64,000 bases of DNA from assembly GCA_965216875.1 (NCBI GenBank), contig OZ244207.1, positions 2,432,001 through 2,496,000 of the forward strand, given 5' to 3'. The stretch is from Rubripirellula sp. GTDB taxonomy: Bacteria; Planctomycetota; Planctomycetia; Pirellulales; Pirellulaceae. The position numbers and the translations under genes were made by a program. The first letter of the stretch is position 1, and the number at the start of each line of letters is the position of its first letter. Below, in pieces: positions 1 through 9,246 of the stretch. Under the pieces are notes generated by a model. It saw nothing but the letters and a program-made list of their open reading frames with translations, made no database searches and was not told where the DNA came from.

Positions 1-1
1 C

Positions 2-622
2 TTGGTTTCGAAATCGGCCTGGACGCTTGAACAGCTTCCCGAAGGAGCCATCGTCGGGACGGGCAGTCGCCGACGGGCTGCCCAATTGCTCAACCACCGG
101 CCTGATCTGGACGTACGTCCCATTCGCGGGAATGTCCAAACGCGGCTCGCAAAGCTCGATGCGGGTGAATACGACGCGATTATGCTGGCGGAAGCAGGGA
201 TTGTGCGGCTCGGAATGGAGGACTTGGCGCGATCTGTCTTGCCGATCGAACAAATGCTGCCCGCTCCTGGTCAAGGTGCGCTGGCGATCGAGGTGCGAAG
301 TGACGACCAAGTTTCAAAGGACGCGGTCGCCCCGCTGGACGACTTGGCAACACGAGCAGCGGTCACCGCAGAACGAGCATTGCTGGCAGAACTGCATGGC
401 GGATGCCTCGCCCCGATCGCGGCACTCGGAAAAGTCGAGCAAGGAACTTTGACCCTGGATGCGGTTGTTTTGTCGACCGATGGCAAAGAACGACTCGATG
501 AGTCGGCGTCGGTTGCTTACGAGAGCGACAATTGGCAGGCAGCGGCCGCTGAAGTGGCTGATTCGGTCACCCGTTCGCTCGTCGCACGAGGCGCTCGCGA
601 ATTGGTCGAGCAACAACGATAG
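2..622 (+). CDS. hemC: Porphobilinogen deaminase (hydroxymethylbilane synthase), 5'-truncated by window edge
   Basis: VGTGSRRR, IRGNVQTRL, LPAPGQGAL, AERALL and the GGCLAPI cofactor-Cys motif. Confidence 0.96.
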   Translation: MVSKSAWTLEQLPEGAIVGTGSRRRAAQLLNHRPDLDVRPIRGNVQTRLAKLDAGEYDAIMLAEAGIVRLGMEDLARSVLPIEQMLPAPGQGALAIEVRSDDQVSKDAVAPLDDLATRAAVTAERALLAELHGGCLAPIAALGKVEQGTLTLDAVVLSTDGKERLDESASVAYESDNWQAAAAEVADSVTRSLVARGARELVEQQR

Positions 623-730
623 CCGATCAACAACAATACCAAAGCCTGACATGAAACCTCGCGAAGCCACGACCGAGGCCACCACCAACCCTCCCTAACC
701 TCACGCGCGTCTATGAATCGACCGACCGCA

Positions 731-2944
731 ATGAAGCAACACTCCGATGCGTCTGATCACAAGCGATCGCGCACCGGCACTTGGATCGCGGTCGGTTTGG
801 TGATGGGCGTGTTGACCGGGCTTTTCTTTGGCGAGTACTGCGAACCGCTGGAGTTGATTGGTCGAGCTTACGTCGGCTTGCTGCAGATGACCGTCTTGCC
901 CTACCTCGTTCTTTCTCTGGTCGGAAAGATGGGGCGTCTCAACCCACAGCAAGCAAGGATGCTCGGGGTCGTCGCCGTCGGAGTGATGCTCTTGCTTTGG
1001 CTGATCGGCATCATCTTGATCGTCGTCCTTAGCAGCATGTTGCCCCCGATCGATGGTGCTTCGTTCTTCAACCCGGTCCACGAGCACATCACGTACAGCC
1101 AAGAGAGCTTCCTTTCCAACTACATCCCCACGAACATTTTCCACGCCCTGTCTCGCGAGTACGTGCCCGCAGTCGTGCTGTTCTGCCTTTGCCTTGGCAG
1201 TGCGTTGATGCTCGTTCCGGGCAAAGAGCGCCTGATCGACTTGCTTGATTTGTGCAGCGCTGGAATCACTCGAATCAACGTGTTGCTGGTTCGCCTTGCC
1301 CCCGTGGGCCTGTTTACGTTGACCGCCGCTGCAGCCGGCACACTTGAAGTCGACGAACTCTCGCGACTTCAAGCCTATGTGTTGCTGTTCACGATCGCTT
1401 GTGGAGTCGCAGCCTTTGCTGCGCTACCGCTCCTTGCAAGCAGCCTGACTCACGTTGGCTATCGCAAACTCCTCAAGGCATCGGGCGAACCGATGTTGAT
1501 CGCCATCGCAACAGGAAAACTCTTTGTTGCATTGCCTCAGATCGCGGAAAAGTGCGAAGAGCTCATCCATGAAGATGAACTTGCACGTCAAGCGGAAGAG
1601 GCAGGATCCGAGCCTCGTGATGAGAGCTTGCAGGAATCGACGGTTAGCGTTCTTGTACCGCTCGCTTACCCATTCCCACACATCGGCAAGCTGTTTGCAT
1701 TCCTGTTCATTTCGTTTGCAGCTTGGTACGCGGGACAATCGCTGACAACGGGCCAGACCGCGTCGATGGCGACCACGGGCGTGGTCTCCAGTTTTGCAAG
1801 CCCGTTGATCACCATTCCCTACATGCTTGACCGGTATCATTTGCCACAAGACTTGATGACACTGTTCATCTTGCCAGGCTTCCTCACAACGCGTCTGGCC
1901 GACCTCGTCGGCGTCATGCATTTGATGGTGCTTTCGGTCGTCGTGACGTCAGTGCTTCAAGGCCGCTATCGGCTGCGTCTCAAGCGATTGGTGATCTCAA
2001 TCGTTTCAATGGCCGTCTGTTTGGCAATCGCTGTGGTTGTCTCGCGCGCCTACCTCGCATCGACCACCTTTGCCTATGATCTCGACCAGAGGTTTCTTTC
2101 GCTCGAAATCAACTCGCCTCACGAGGACGTGGCCGTTTATGCCCCGGGCGAAACGATCCCTCCGCGCCAGGTCAATGGACGCTCAACACTTGACCGGATT
2201 CGTTCCGACCGAGTGATTCGCGTTGGCTATCATCCCGACCATCTTCCCTATTCATTTTTTAACAAAAAGGGACATCTGGTTGGTTACGACGTCGAGTTGA
2301 TGCACCAACTTGCCAACCGCCTCGATGTGCGACTTGAGTTTGTGCCCTATCAATACGGGACGCTCGTTGACGACCTCCAATCGGGCGCCGTCGATGTTGG
2401 AGTCGGTGGCGTGATGATGAACCCATCGCGACTGCTTGAAGCAGGCTTTAGTCGGCCCTACCAAACGGTCACGCTCTCCGTTGTCACGCCAGACTTCAAG
2501 CGGGCCGAGTTTGATTTATGGAACGACCCTCATCGCCGCGCAGGTTCAAAACTTGGTGTTGTTCAGGAAGACTTGGCCGGAGTCGCACGTCGTGAACTCG
2601 AAAACACCGAAGTGGTCGTTGTCGAATCGATGCGAGCGTATTTCGACGGCCGGTATCCCGATCTCGACGGTCTCTTGGTGCCAGCCGAGGAGGGGGCTGC
2701 GTGGAATGTGCTGCATCCAAAACACACCGTGATGGTTCCAGAGCCCCAATTGCAACGTCCCGTCTGCATGGTCGTTCGCCCTGATGATGCGGAATGGCTG
2801 ACCTTTATCAACCGCTGGCTCGATTTCGAAGAACTCGACGGCAATCCAGCACGCTTGCGGGGATATTGGGTTGAAGGAGGCGGCACGAAAGAGCGTCCGC
2901 CACGGTGGTGCATCGCACGAGATGTATTGGGATGGTTGCCGTAG
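731..2944 (+). CDS. Dicarboxylate/amino acid:cation symporter (SDF/DAACS-like) fused to a C-terminal family-3 solute-binding domain
   Basis: N-terminal multi-TM region (LLQMTVLPYL, IPTNIFHAL, LAPVGLF). C-terminal STLDRIR..IRVGY..LPYSF..LVGYDVEL..LEFVP is SBP_bac_3-like. Start may be 713. Confidence 0.85.
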   Translation: MKQHSDASDHKRSRTGTWIAVGLVMGVLTGLFFGEYCEPLELIGRAYVGLLQMTVLPYLVLSLVGKMGRLNPQQARMLGVVAVGVMLLLWLIGIILIVVLSSMLPPIDGASFFNPVHEHITYSQESFLSNYIPTNIFHALSREYVPAVVLFCLCLGSALMLVPGKERLIDLLDLCSAGITRINVLLVRLAPVGLFTLTAAAAGTLEVDELSRLQAYVLLFTIACGVAAFAALPLLASSLTHVGYRKLLKASGEPMLIAIATGKLFVALPQIAEKCEELIHEDELARQAEEAGSEPRDESLQESTVSVLVPLAYPFPHIGKLFAFLFISFAAWYAGQSLTTGQTASMATTGVVSSFASPLITIPYMLDRYHLPQDLMTLFILPGFLTTRLADLVGVMHLMVLSVVVTSVLQGRYRLRLKRLVISIVSMAVCLAIAVVVSRAYLASTTFAYDLDQRFLSLEINSPHEDVAVYAPGETIPPRQVNGRSTLDRIRSDRVIRVGYHPDHLPYSFFNKKGHLVGYDVELMHQLANRLDVRLEFVPYQYGTLVDDLQSGAVDVGVGGVMMNPSRLLEAGFSRPYQTVTLSVVTPDFKRAEFDLWNDPHRRAGSKLGVVQEDLAGVARRELENTEVVVVESMRAYFDGRYPDLDGLLVPAEEGAAWNVLHPKHTVMVPEPQLQRPVCMVVRPDDAEWLTFINRWLDFEELDGNPARLRGYWVEGGGTKERPPRWCIARDVLGWLP

Positions 2945-3079
2945 CTCAGCCCGCATGAGCCAAACGGTGCAACAACGACACCATCTGGGGAGTCAAGGTT
3001 TTCCCCACTGCCGGAAAAACGCCCTGCTAAAATCTGTCGGTTGTCCCCGCCCCGCAGTGGAGGTTCCGTATTGGTTGGA

Positions 3080-3439
3080 ATGCAAAACCCTTACTCGCCA
3101 ACCGAGCTCGGCTCAGACAAAGAAAATGTGTTTGCTGAACCGGTGGAATCCCAATCGGTCCTACTCAAGAACCTGATTGGTCTGATCAGCGTCTCATCCT
3201 CATTCGCCGTCGTCTGTTTGGTCTACCGCTTGATGCAGTGGCAGATCGACGAGTTCCCGCCCATCATTGCAATCGTTGCTGCGGGCACAGCATCAGCGTG
3301 GGCCAACCTTCCCATTGGCGAGCGTTACAAGTGGAGCGGACCGAGCTTCCTGCTCTTCTTTCTCGCGGTTGGATTCTCAGTCACCTTAAACACCGTCGCA
3401 GCGGCCATCGCCGGCACTCTGGTCATGCATCTCGAATGA
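3080..3439 (+). CDS. Small hypothetical membrane protein
   Basis: MQNPYSP N-terminus (NPY motif common in planctomycete membrane proteins) followed by about 3 hydrophobic segments. Confidence 0.6.
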   Translation: MQNPYSPTELGSDKENVFAEPVESQSVLLKNLIGLISVSSSFAVVCLVYRLMQWQIDEFPPIIAIVAAGTASAWANLPIGERYKWSGPSFLLFFLAVGFSVTLNTVAAAIAGTLVMHLE

Positions 3440-3454
3440 CTAGTGAACCGAAAC

Positions 3455-3478
3455 GGGAGGGCGACGCTCCTGCGGAGC
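3455..3478. repeat. REP-like palindrome family G (GGGAGGGCGACGCTCCTGCGGAGC)
   Basis: Same 24-mer at 53443 and 55239, with partial copies near 53559. Here it lies between convergent genes. Confidence 0.8.
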
Positions 3479-3509
3479 CACGTTCTTCCCCACTAGCCGT
3501 CTAGCTTGC

Positions 3510-4244
3510 CTATCGGCTTAGCTTTTCGAACTCTTCGGGCGTAACGTCCCGATAGAGCTGCTGCATGCTTTGAACTTGATTGATCTCGTCACGATCCTCG
3601 TTCGAAAGAGCCGGCTTGATCTCCAAAGTGGACCGATGCCGAAGCATCCCTTCCTTGGTTGTCACAAGTCGCGTGATCTCTTTAGGCAGCAGACCGTCTG
3701 CGGTGATGCGATCGTTGAGTGTCATCAGCCCGAACTTTGGTGGGCCGAGGTTTTGAAACATATTCAAACGTGCGGCCAGATCGAAAAATCGACCGTAGTG
3801 CGCTGCGATCTCGCCCTGAGGTGCGTCCTGAGTTTCAACGCTGTAGCTGAATTTGTCGTAGCTGATCGAGTACTCGTCGCCTGAATTCTTGACTTCCGAA
3901 TTCAACCCCACGCGATCTGCCTTACCCTTTGCCGTCGCCGTCGCTCGCAGCTTTGCCGTGAAGTCGACCAAGTCGGGTGTACTGATTCGGGTCAGCACGT
4001 GGGCCTGACGATCCATGATCGTGATCTCTTCTCTGGCCCAGTCATAGATTGTGACCGTTCGTCCGTTGAGCTTCTGGACGTCGTAAATGACGCCCGAGTC
4101 AAACAGGATGTGATGCACATCAAGCGGCTTGTCGTTGCCAACCTCGTAGGTCGACGACACAACTTGAAATGTGACGGGCGTCGCGGCAGAAAGCGTTTGC
4201 GTTACCATGAATGTGGCCAATAGGACCAATAAGATCCGGTTCAT
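3510..4244 (-). CDS. Secreted hypothetical protein
   Basis: MNRILLVLLATFMVTQTLSA signal peptide followed by a soluble domain. Confidence 0.75.
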   Translation of the reverse strand: MNRILLVLLATFMVTQTLSAATPVTFQVVSSTYEVGNDKPLDVHHILFDSGVIYDVQKLNGRTVTIYDWAREEITIMDRQAHVLTRISTPDLVDFTAKLRATATAKGKADRVGLNSEVKNSGDEYSISYDKFSYSVETQDAPQGEIAAHYGRFFDLAARLNMFQNLGPPKFGLMTLNDRITADGLLPKEITRLVTTKEGMLRHRSTLEIKPALSNEDRDEINQVQSMQQLYRDVTPEEFEKLSR

Positions 4245-4524
4245 CTTGGATTGGGACGTGCTATCGAAGGGTGATTGGGCTCTTGACGCGTGGCAGCACG
4301 CCGAATGATCTCGCGGGCACAATTCTCGATCGCGACCAAAGATCTAGACGTGTTGATGCCCCGGAGCGTAGAAAAGCAACGATTCATACGTCCAGACGGA
4401 TATTCAAGACGGCGGCACGCTTGCTAGCATCTGGCCAGAGCAGCCAATCACAGTCGCGTCGCACAGCCATGTCGCATTGCCAGAGCGTTCATCGCGAAAC
4501 ACCCAAGCTTCCCTTTCAAAATCC

Positions 4525-5799
4525 ATGCATCGCACGCTCCTTTTTATTCCTCACGAAATCGCGGGCATTCCCGTCTTCGGGCTCGGCTGGGTACTGATGA
4601 TTGTCGCCGCTGCCTTGGTGGGGCGATTGATTTATGCCTCTCGAAAGGGCCAATCGATCGGAACGCTTTTGGCAACCGAGGGCGTCATGTGGGGCATCGT
4701 GATGGCTGCCGTCGTGTTTGTCTTGCCCCGAGTCGAACTGGTCAATATCGAGCGCGAGCCGGTCGGGATGGCGATCCGCGGCTACGGTGTGATGTTGCTT
4801 GCAGGTGTGGTTTCCGGAGTGGGCCTCGCAGCCTACCGAGCCAAACGTCGCGGTATGGATCCCGATGTGATCCTGTCGATGGCACCATGGGCATTTGTGG
4901 GCGGCATCTTGGGCGCCCGTCTCTTTTACGTGATTCAGTATCGTGAAAAATTCATCGGTGACACGATTGCCGAAACCGCTCGCAATGTCTTTGCGTTTAC
5001 CGAAGGCGGGCTGGTGGTCTACGGCTCGTTCATCGGTGGCTTCCTCGCGTTGGTCTACTTCATCATTCGACATCGACTGCCGCTGTTGAAACTTGGTGAC
5101 GTCATCGTTCCCTGCCTGTTCATCGGTGTCTTTTTCGGGCGCATCGGCTGTCTGATGAACGGATGTTGCTACGGCGGACGGTGCGAAGACGGCTGGGCGG
5201 CACTCTATTTCCCCCCAAACACTCAGGTCTACAGTGACCAGATCGCAACCGGCGAATTGCTCGGCATGAACGTCGACCCACAATCACGTGAGGTCAAAGA
5301 GGTGGCGCCAGAAAGCCCCGCGGGCAAAGCTGGGATCGCGCCGGGCGAAGTGGTCAACGAAATCACCTCCGACTTGGCAACGCTCAGCACAGCGCCAACC
5401 GATATCCCGCGCGAAGACGTCGTGCTTGGAATCGCTGCCACGGTCGGCGGAAAACGGTATCGCTGGTCACCCGACGAGTTGCCACCGCGCGCACTTGCGG
5501 TGAGTCCCGCGCAGTTGATCAGCAGTGGCAGTTCGCTCGTCCTTTGTTGCCTACTTTGCGCCCTCTCCTACGCGCGATTGCGCGAAGGAATGGTGATGAT
5601 GATTGGGTTTGCGTCTTACGCCATCCTGCGCTTTGTGCTCGAACTGGTTCGCGTTGACGAAGCGGGGCAATTCGGCACCGGGCTTTCGATTTCCCAACTC
5701 GTCAGCATTGTGGTCTTCACACTTTCGGTCGGCGGAATGATCTGGCTATCGCTGCGACCGCCAACGGACCCGGTGCCACAGGAAGCGCCGGCCAGCTAG
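4525..5799 (+). CDS. lgt: Prolipoprotein diacylglyceryl transferase with PDZ-like insertion
   Basis: RGYGVM, GARLFYV, GGLVVYG, GRIGCLMNGCCYG, PAQL, RFVLELVR, SISQ. Insert EVAPESPAGKAGIAPGEVV is PDZ-like. Confidence 0.9.
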   Translation: MHRTLLFIPHEIAGIPVFGLGWVLMIVAAALVGRLIYASRKGQSIGTLLATEGVMWGIVMAAVVFVLPRVELVNIEREPVGMAIRGYGVMLLAGVVSGVGLAAYRAKRRGMDPDVILSMAPWAFVGGILGARLFYVIQYREKFIGDTIAETARNVFAFTEGGLVVYGSFIGGFLALVYFIIRHRLPLLKLGDVIVPCLFIGVFFGRIGCLMNGCCYGGRCEDGWAALYFPPNTQVYSDQIATGELLGMNVDPQSREVKEVAPESPAGKAGIAPGEVVNEITSDLATLSTAPTDIPREDVVLGIAATVGGKRYRWSPDELPPRALAVSPAQLISSGSSLVLCCLLCALSYARLREGMVMMIGFASYAILRFVLELVRVDEAGQFGTGLSISQLVSIVVFTLSVGGMIWLSLRPPTDPVPQEAPAS

Positions 5800-5873
5800 A
5801 TGGAATTTCGCGGTTTCGCCAAGTCCCTGGCATTTCGTATCCTCGTCCCAACTCATCCAGGACGAGGAAGACG

Positions 5874-7427
5874 ATGGATCTGCTGATCACTCTCTTGCGG
5901 GCAGCCCACTGCCGCAGCACGCACCATTTTTTTGCCGTCGACGCGCTGCATCATCTCAATACCGCCAAGGGGTACGCGCTGGGCACCGTATTGCTTGACG
6001 AGCATGCCCAGTACCTGACCGGCGCCAAAGATCCAGACAAAAAGTTCCGCGACTTCCGCAATCACGTCGTCCATGTCGCCGACGGCCACTGGGGCGGCGC
6101 AACCAAAGCGGCGCGCCGCTGGTACGGAACGTTGATCGAAGCACTCGACGAAAACCGATGGTCTGATGCCGCCTACGCCGCTGGCGTGCTAAGCCATTAC
6201 TACACCGACCCGTTGATGCCGCTCCACACGGCTCAATCAAAAAGAGAATCCGTTGTCCATCGGCCGCTCGAATGGAGCGTCACGAAGTCGTACGAGCGAA
6301 TCTTGCAATGCTGGAGGACGGACGGGCATCGAATCGTCTTCGAACTTTCCAACCAAGACGATTGGCTCGAACAAGCGATCCACGCCGGCGCCGAGCTGGC
6401 ACATCAATACTACGACGAACTGATCGACGACTACGACCTAAAAGTGGGCTGCAAACGTCCGACCGAAGGATTCAACGCGCGAGCCATCGACACCCTAGCA
6501 GGTTTGTTTGGAGTCGCGATCACGGGTTGGGCAAAAATCCTTGAACGAGCCGCGTTCGAAACCAAAGCCAACATTCCCGAACAACCGCTTTCGGCAGCTG
6601 CGTTCGTTGCGGGCCTCAAAATGCCCGCCGCATGGGTAACAAAGAGAATCGAATCGGCGTCTGAGCGTCGCGCCGTCCAAGCGCTCTTTGACGAGTACAG
6701 CCGAACAGGCAAAGTCAAAAAGAACCTTCCCGAAGAAGTGAAGTCGGTCCGCAGAGCGCGGCGAAAAGACCGCGACGCCGAGCGTCAACGCGACAATCCG
6801 CACCAGGCAAGCCGGGACATCGCCACCACCGTCATGCCCGAGCCTCCGCGAGCGCCCACAAACCAAACCGAGCCTGCCGCAGAAACAGTCCCGATCCACA
6901 AACCAATTGAAAAGCGGGCACAAGGTTCAGAACTCGAAACCGCCCCGATCCAACAAACCGTATCGGCTCCCCAGCCTGAACGCTCACCAAGCGCATCGCT
7001 CGCACCCACCGATGATCTTGTTGACGCCCCTTCGATCGGTCCCAAAACAGCAAAACGCTTTGCCAAGATCGGGATCACCACCGTGGCTCAGTTCCTTGAC
7101 GCCTCTCCCGAAGAAATGGCCGAGCAGCTTGATACACGTTGGATCAACGAAGAATTGCTTGTCGACTGGCAGGACCAAGCACGTTTGGTCTGCGATGTCC
7201 CAAGTTTGTGCGGCTACAAAGCGCAATTGTTGGTCGGCGTCGAGTGTCGCGATGCAGCGTCCCTCGCCTCCGAGCGTGCCAAGCCGCTCCACAAAAAGAT
7301 CAAGGCCTTCGCGCAAACCTCGGACGGAAAACGCGCGCTGCGAAGCAGCCGCGTCCCATCAAAAGAAGACATCGCCCAGTGGATCGATGACGCGGTGTCG
7401 CAAATCGATCTCCGGAAGTCGGCGTAG
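5874..7427 (+). CDS. Zn-dependent phospholipase C/P1-nuclease-fold domain fused to DUF4332-like helix-hairpin-helix domain
   Basis: THH, GAKDPD, NH, SHYYTDPLMPLH and HRPLE metal-ligand pattern. C-terminal APSIGPKTAKRFAKIGITTV and WQDQARLVCDVPSL. Confidence 0.75.
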   Translation: MDLLITLLRAAHCRSTHHFFAVDALHHLNTAKGYALGTVLLDEHAQYLTGAKDPDKKFRDFRNHVVHVADGHWGGATKAARRWYGTLIEALDENRWSDAAYAAGVLSHYYTDPLMPLHTAQSKRESVVHRPLEWSVTKSYERILQCWRTDGHRIVFELSNQDDWLEQAIHAGAELAHQYYDELIDDYDLKVGCKRPTEGFNARAIDTLAGLFGVAITGWAKILERAAFETKANIPEQPLSAAAFVAGLKMPAAWVTKRIESASERRAVQALFDEYSRTGKVKKNLPEEVKSVRRARRKDRDAERQRDNPHQASRDIATTVMPEPPRAPTNQTEPAAETVPIHKPIEKRAQGSELETAPIQQTVSAPQPERSPSASLAPTDDLVDAPSIGPKTAKRFAKIGITTVAQFLDASPEEMAEQLDTRWINEELLVDWQDQARLVCDVPSLCGYKAQLLVGVECRDAASLASERAKPLHKKIKAFAQTSDGKRALRSSRVPSKEDIAQWIDDAVSQIDLRKSA

Positions 7428-7440
7428 CCACCGGCCGGCA

Positions 7441-7642
7441 GTTCGTAGTACCGAGCCATAGCCGAAATCTTCTCTCAGACCGCCTAGTTCGTAGTACCGA
7501 GCTTTAGCCGGAATCTTCACACTGACGGCCTAACGGCTGGACTACAAACGACAAGAACGACCTTCTGGCGAAGGTAGCTACTTCCAGGGAAGAGGACGCG
7601 GAGCGTCCGAGAGTGCGTTACCACGCGGAGCGTGGTAACGAG
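7441..7642. repeat. Mosaic REP cassette: two family-B units (GTAGTACCGAGC..AGCCG..AATC, the second closed by GGACTAC at 7545), family C (7561-7581) and family F (7594-7642)
   Basis: Short palindromes that recur at 11167-11330, 22922-22981 and 39735-40229. Located between convergent genes. Confidence 0.8.
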
Positions 7643-7668
7643 GTTGGCGTAGTGTTAATCAGCATGAC

Positions 7669-9009
7669 CTACAAGAGCGCCGCTGCTGCGTCGCACAATC
7701 CTTTTGCTTCGGTTTCGGACTCCGCTTCAGCAATCAGGCGAACGATCGGTTCGGTATTGCTGCCGCGAACGAGCAACCACTTATCATCCCACGCCAGTCG
7801 CAATCCATCTCCGGTCGACGCCTCCGCATCAGAATGTTGAGCGATGAGTGCATCGAACAGTGCCGGCAAACGCTCGGCCGAAACGGTTGCCTTTGATTTG
7901 TGAATGTGAAGCTTGGGAAGTGCATCGGCGAGTTCCGCGAGCGACTTTCCGGTGCTCGTCATCAAGTCGAGGACCTGGGCCATGCCGACGAAACTATCGC
8001 GGACATAACCGACTCTCGGGTCGATAGGGCCGCCATTGCCTTCGCCGCCATAAGTCGCTTCGTTTGCGATCATCATGTCAGCAACATTCGCCTCTCCAAC
8101 CGCTGACCGATGCGACGGCACACCGGCGTCCGCGGCAAGCCGTTCACTCATCCCGCTCGTTGCACCATTGATCACGATCGGCCCACGCGTTTCGTCGACG
8201 CCCATCGCTCGCTGAACGCAAAGGGCGAGCGTGTATTCTTCGCCGATGTATCTTCCGTCGCCATCAACCAACGCCAGGCGATCAGCATCGGGATCTTGGC
8301 AGAAGCCGACGGCACATTGGTTCTGCCGCACCAACTCGGAGATCCCGGTCAGGTTCTCGGCAGTCGGTTCAGGTACATGCTCAAATTGACCATCCGCAGT
8401 CGCTCCGACTGCGACGACCTCGCAACCGAGCGCTTCGAGCAAACGTTTTCCGAGCAAACCGCCAGCACCATGGTTGCTGTCGATCAGAACGCGATGCTTT
8501 TGGGCTTTGATGGCGTCAACATCCACCGTCGCCAGAACCTTTTCCAGGTGTGCGGCGTGCGGATCCGAATCGACCGAAACGTCACCGATTTGGTCAAAGG
8601 GAACCCAAGCAGCACCACCACTTTCGTAAAGATCGCGAATCGCGGCACCGGTTTCGCCATCAAGCACTCTTCCGCTGGCACCAAAAAGCTTGATCCCGTT
8701 GTACGGCGGCGGGTTATGACTCGCAGAAATCTGCACGGCTCCCGCTGCGCCACGCTCGCGCACAAGCACGCCGATCGTCGGCGTTGCCGCGACGTCAGCG
8801 TCGACACAATCTCGTCCGCATGCGGTAAGTGATGCGATGATCGCACGGCTCAGCATTGGTCCCGTACTGCGTCCGTCTCGTCCAATGATGATTGGACCTG
8901 CGGGCAACTTGGCCGCATAGGCAGCGACGTAGCGGGCCGCAACATCGGGCGTCAGCGTCTCGCCAACGATGCCGCGTAGACCGCTGACACTGATAATCAA
9001 CTTGCTCAT
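7669..9009 (-). CDS. glmM: Phosphoglucosamine mutase
   Basis: ISVSGLRG, SASHNP, DPDADRL, GGEGNGG, VRGSNTEP; about 446 aa. Confidence 0.82.
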   Translation of the reverse strand: MSKLIISVSGLRGIVGETLTPDVAARYVAAYAAKLPAGPIIIGRDGRSTGPMLSRAIIASLTACGRDCVDADVAATPTIGVLVRERGAAGAVQISASHNPPPYNGIKLFGASGRVLDGETGAAIRDLYESGGAAWVPFDQIGDVSVDSDPHAAHLEKVLATVDVDAIKAQKHRVLIDSNHGAGGLLGKRLLEALGCEVVAVGATADGQFEHVPEPTAENLTGISELVRQNQCAVGFCQDPDADRLALVDGDGRYIGEEYTLALCVQRAMGVDETRGPIVINGATSGMSERLAADAGVPSHRSAVGEANVADMMIANEATYGGEGNGGPIDPRVGYVRDSFVGMAQVLDLMTSTGKSLAELADALPKLHIHKSKATVSAERLPALFDALIAQHSDAEASTGDGLRLAWDDKWLLVRGSNTEPIVRLIAEAESETEAKGLCDAAAALL

Positions 9010-9246
9010 CATTCAACCTAGGGGTGCAATCTGCGGGGATACTTCGGTCGCATTCTGAGGCGACTTTGCCGCAGGGGGTGACTTTAAGGGATGGCAGCGG
9101 CAACAGATTGTCGCTTTAGGGTCGTCAATTCCGACCAGCTGCCGACACCTTGTTGCAGCGTATTGGGCCAAACAAATAGAATCCGGCAAGCCTTTGACAA
9201 CAAGGTCACGTCAATATTGTAACTGCCGCCAACCGCGACCCTCCAA

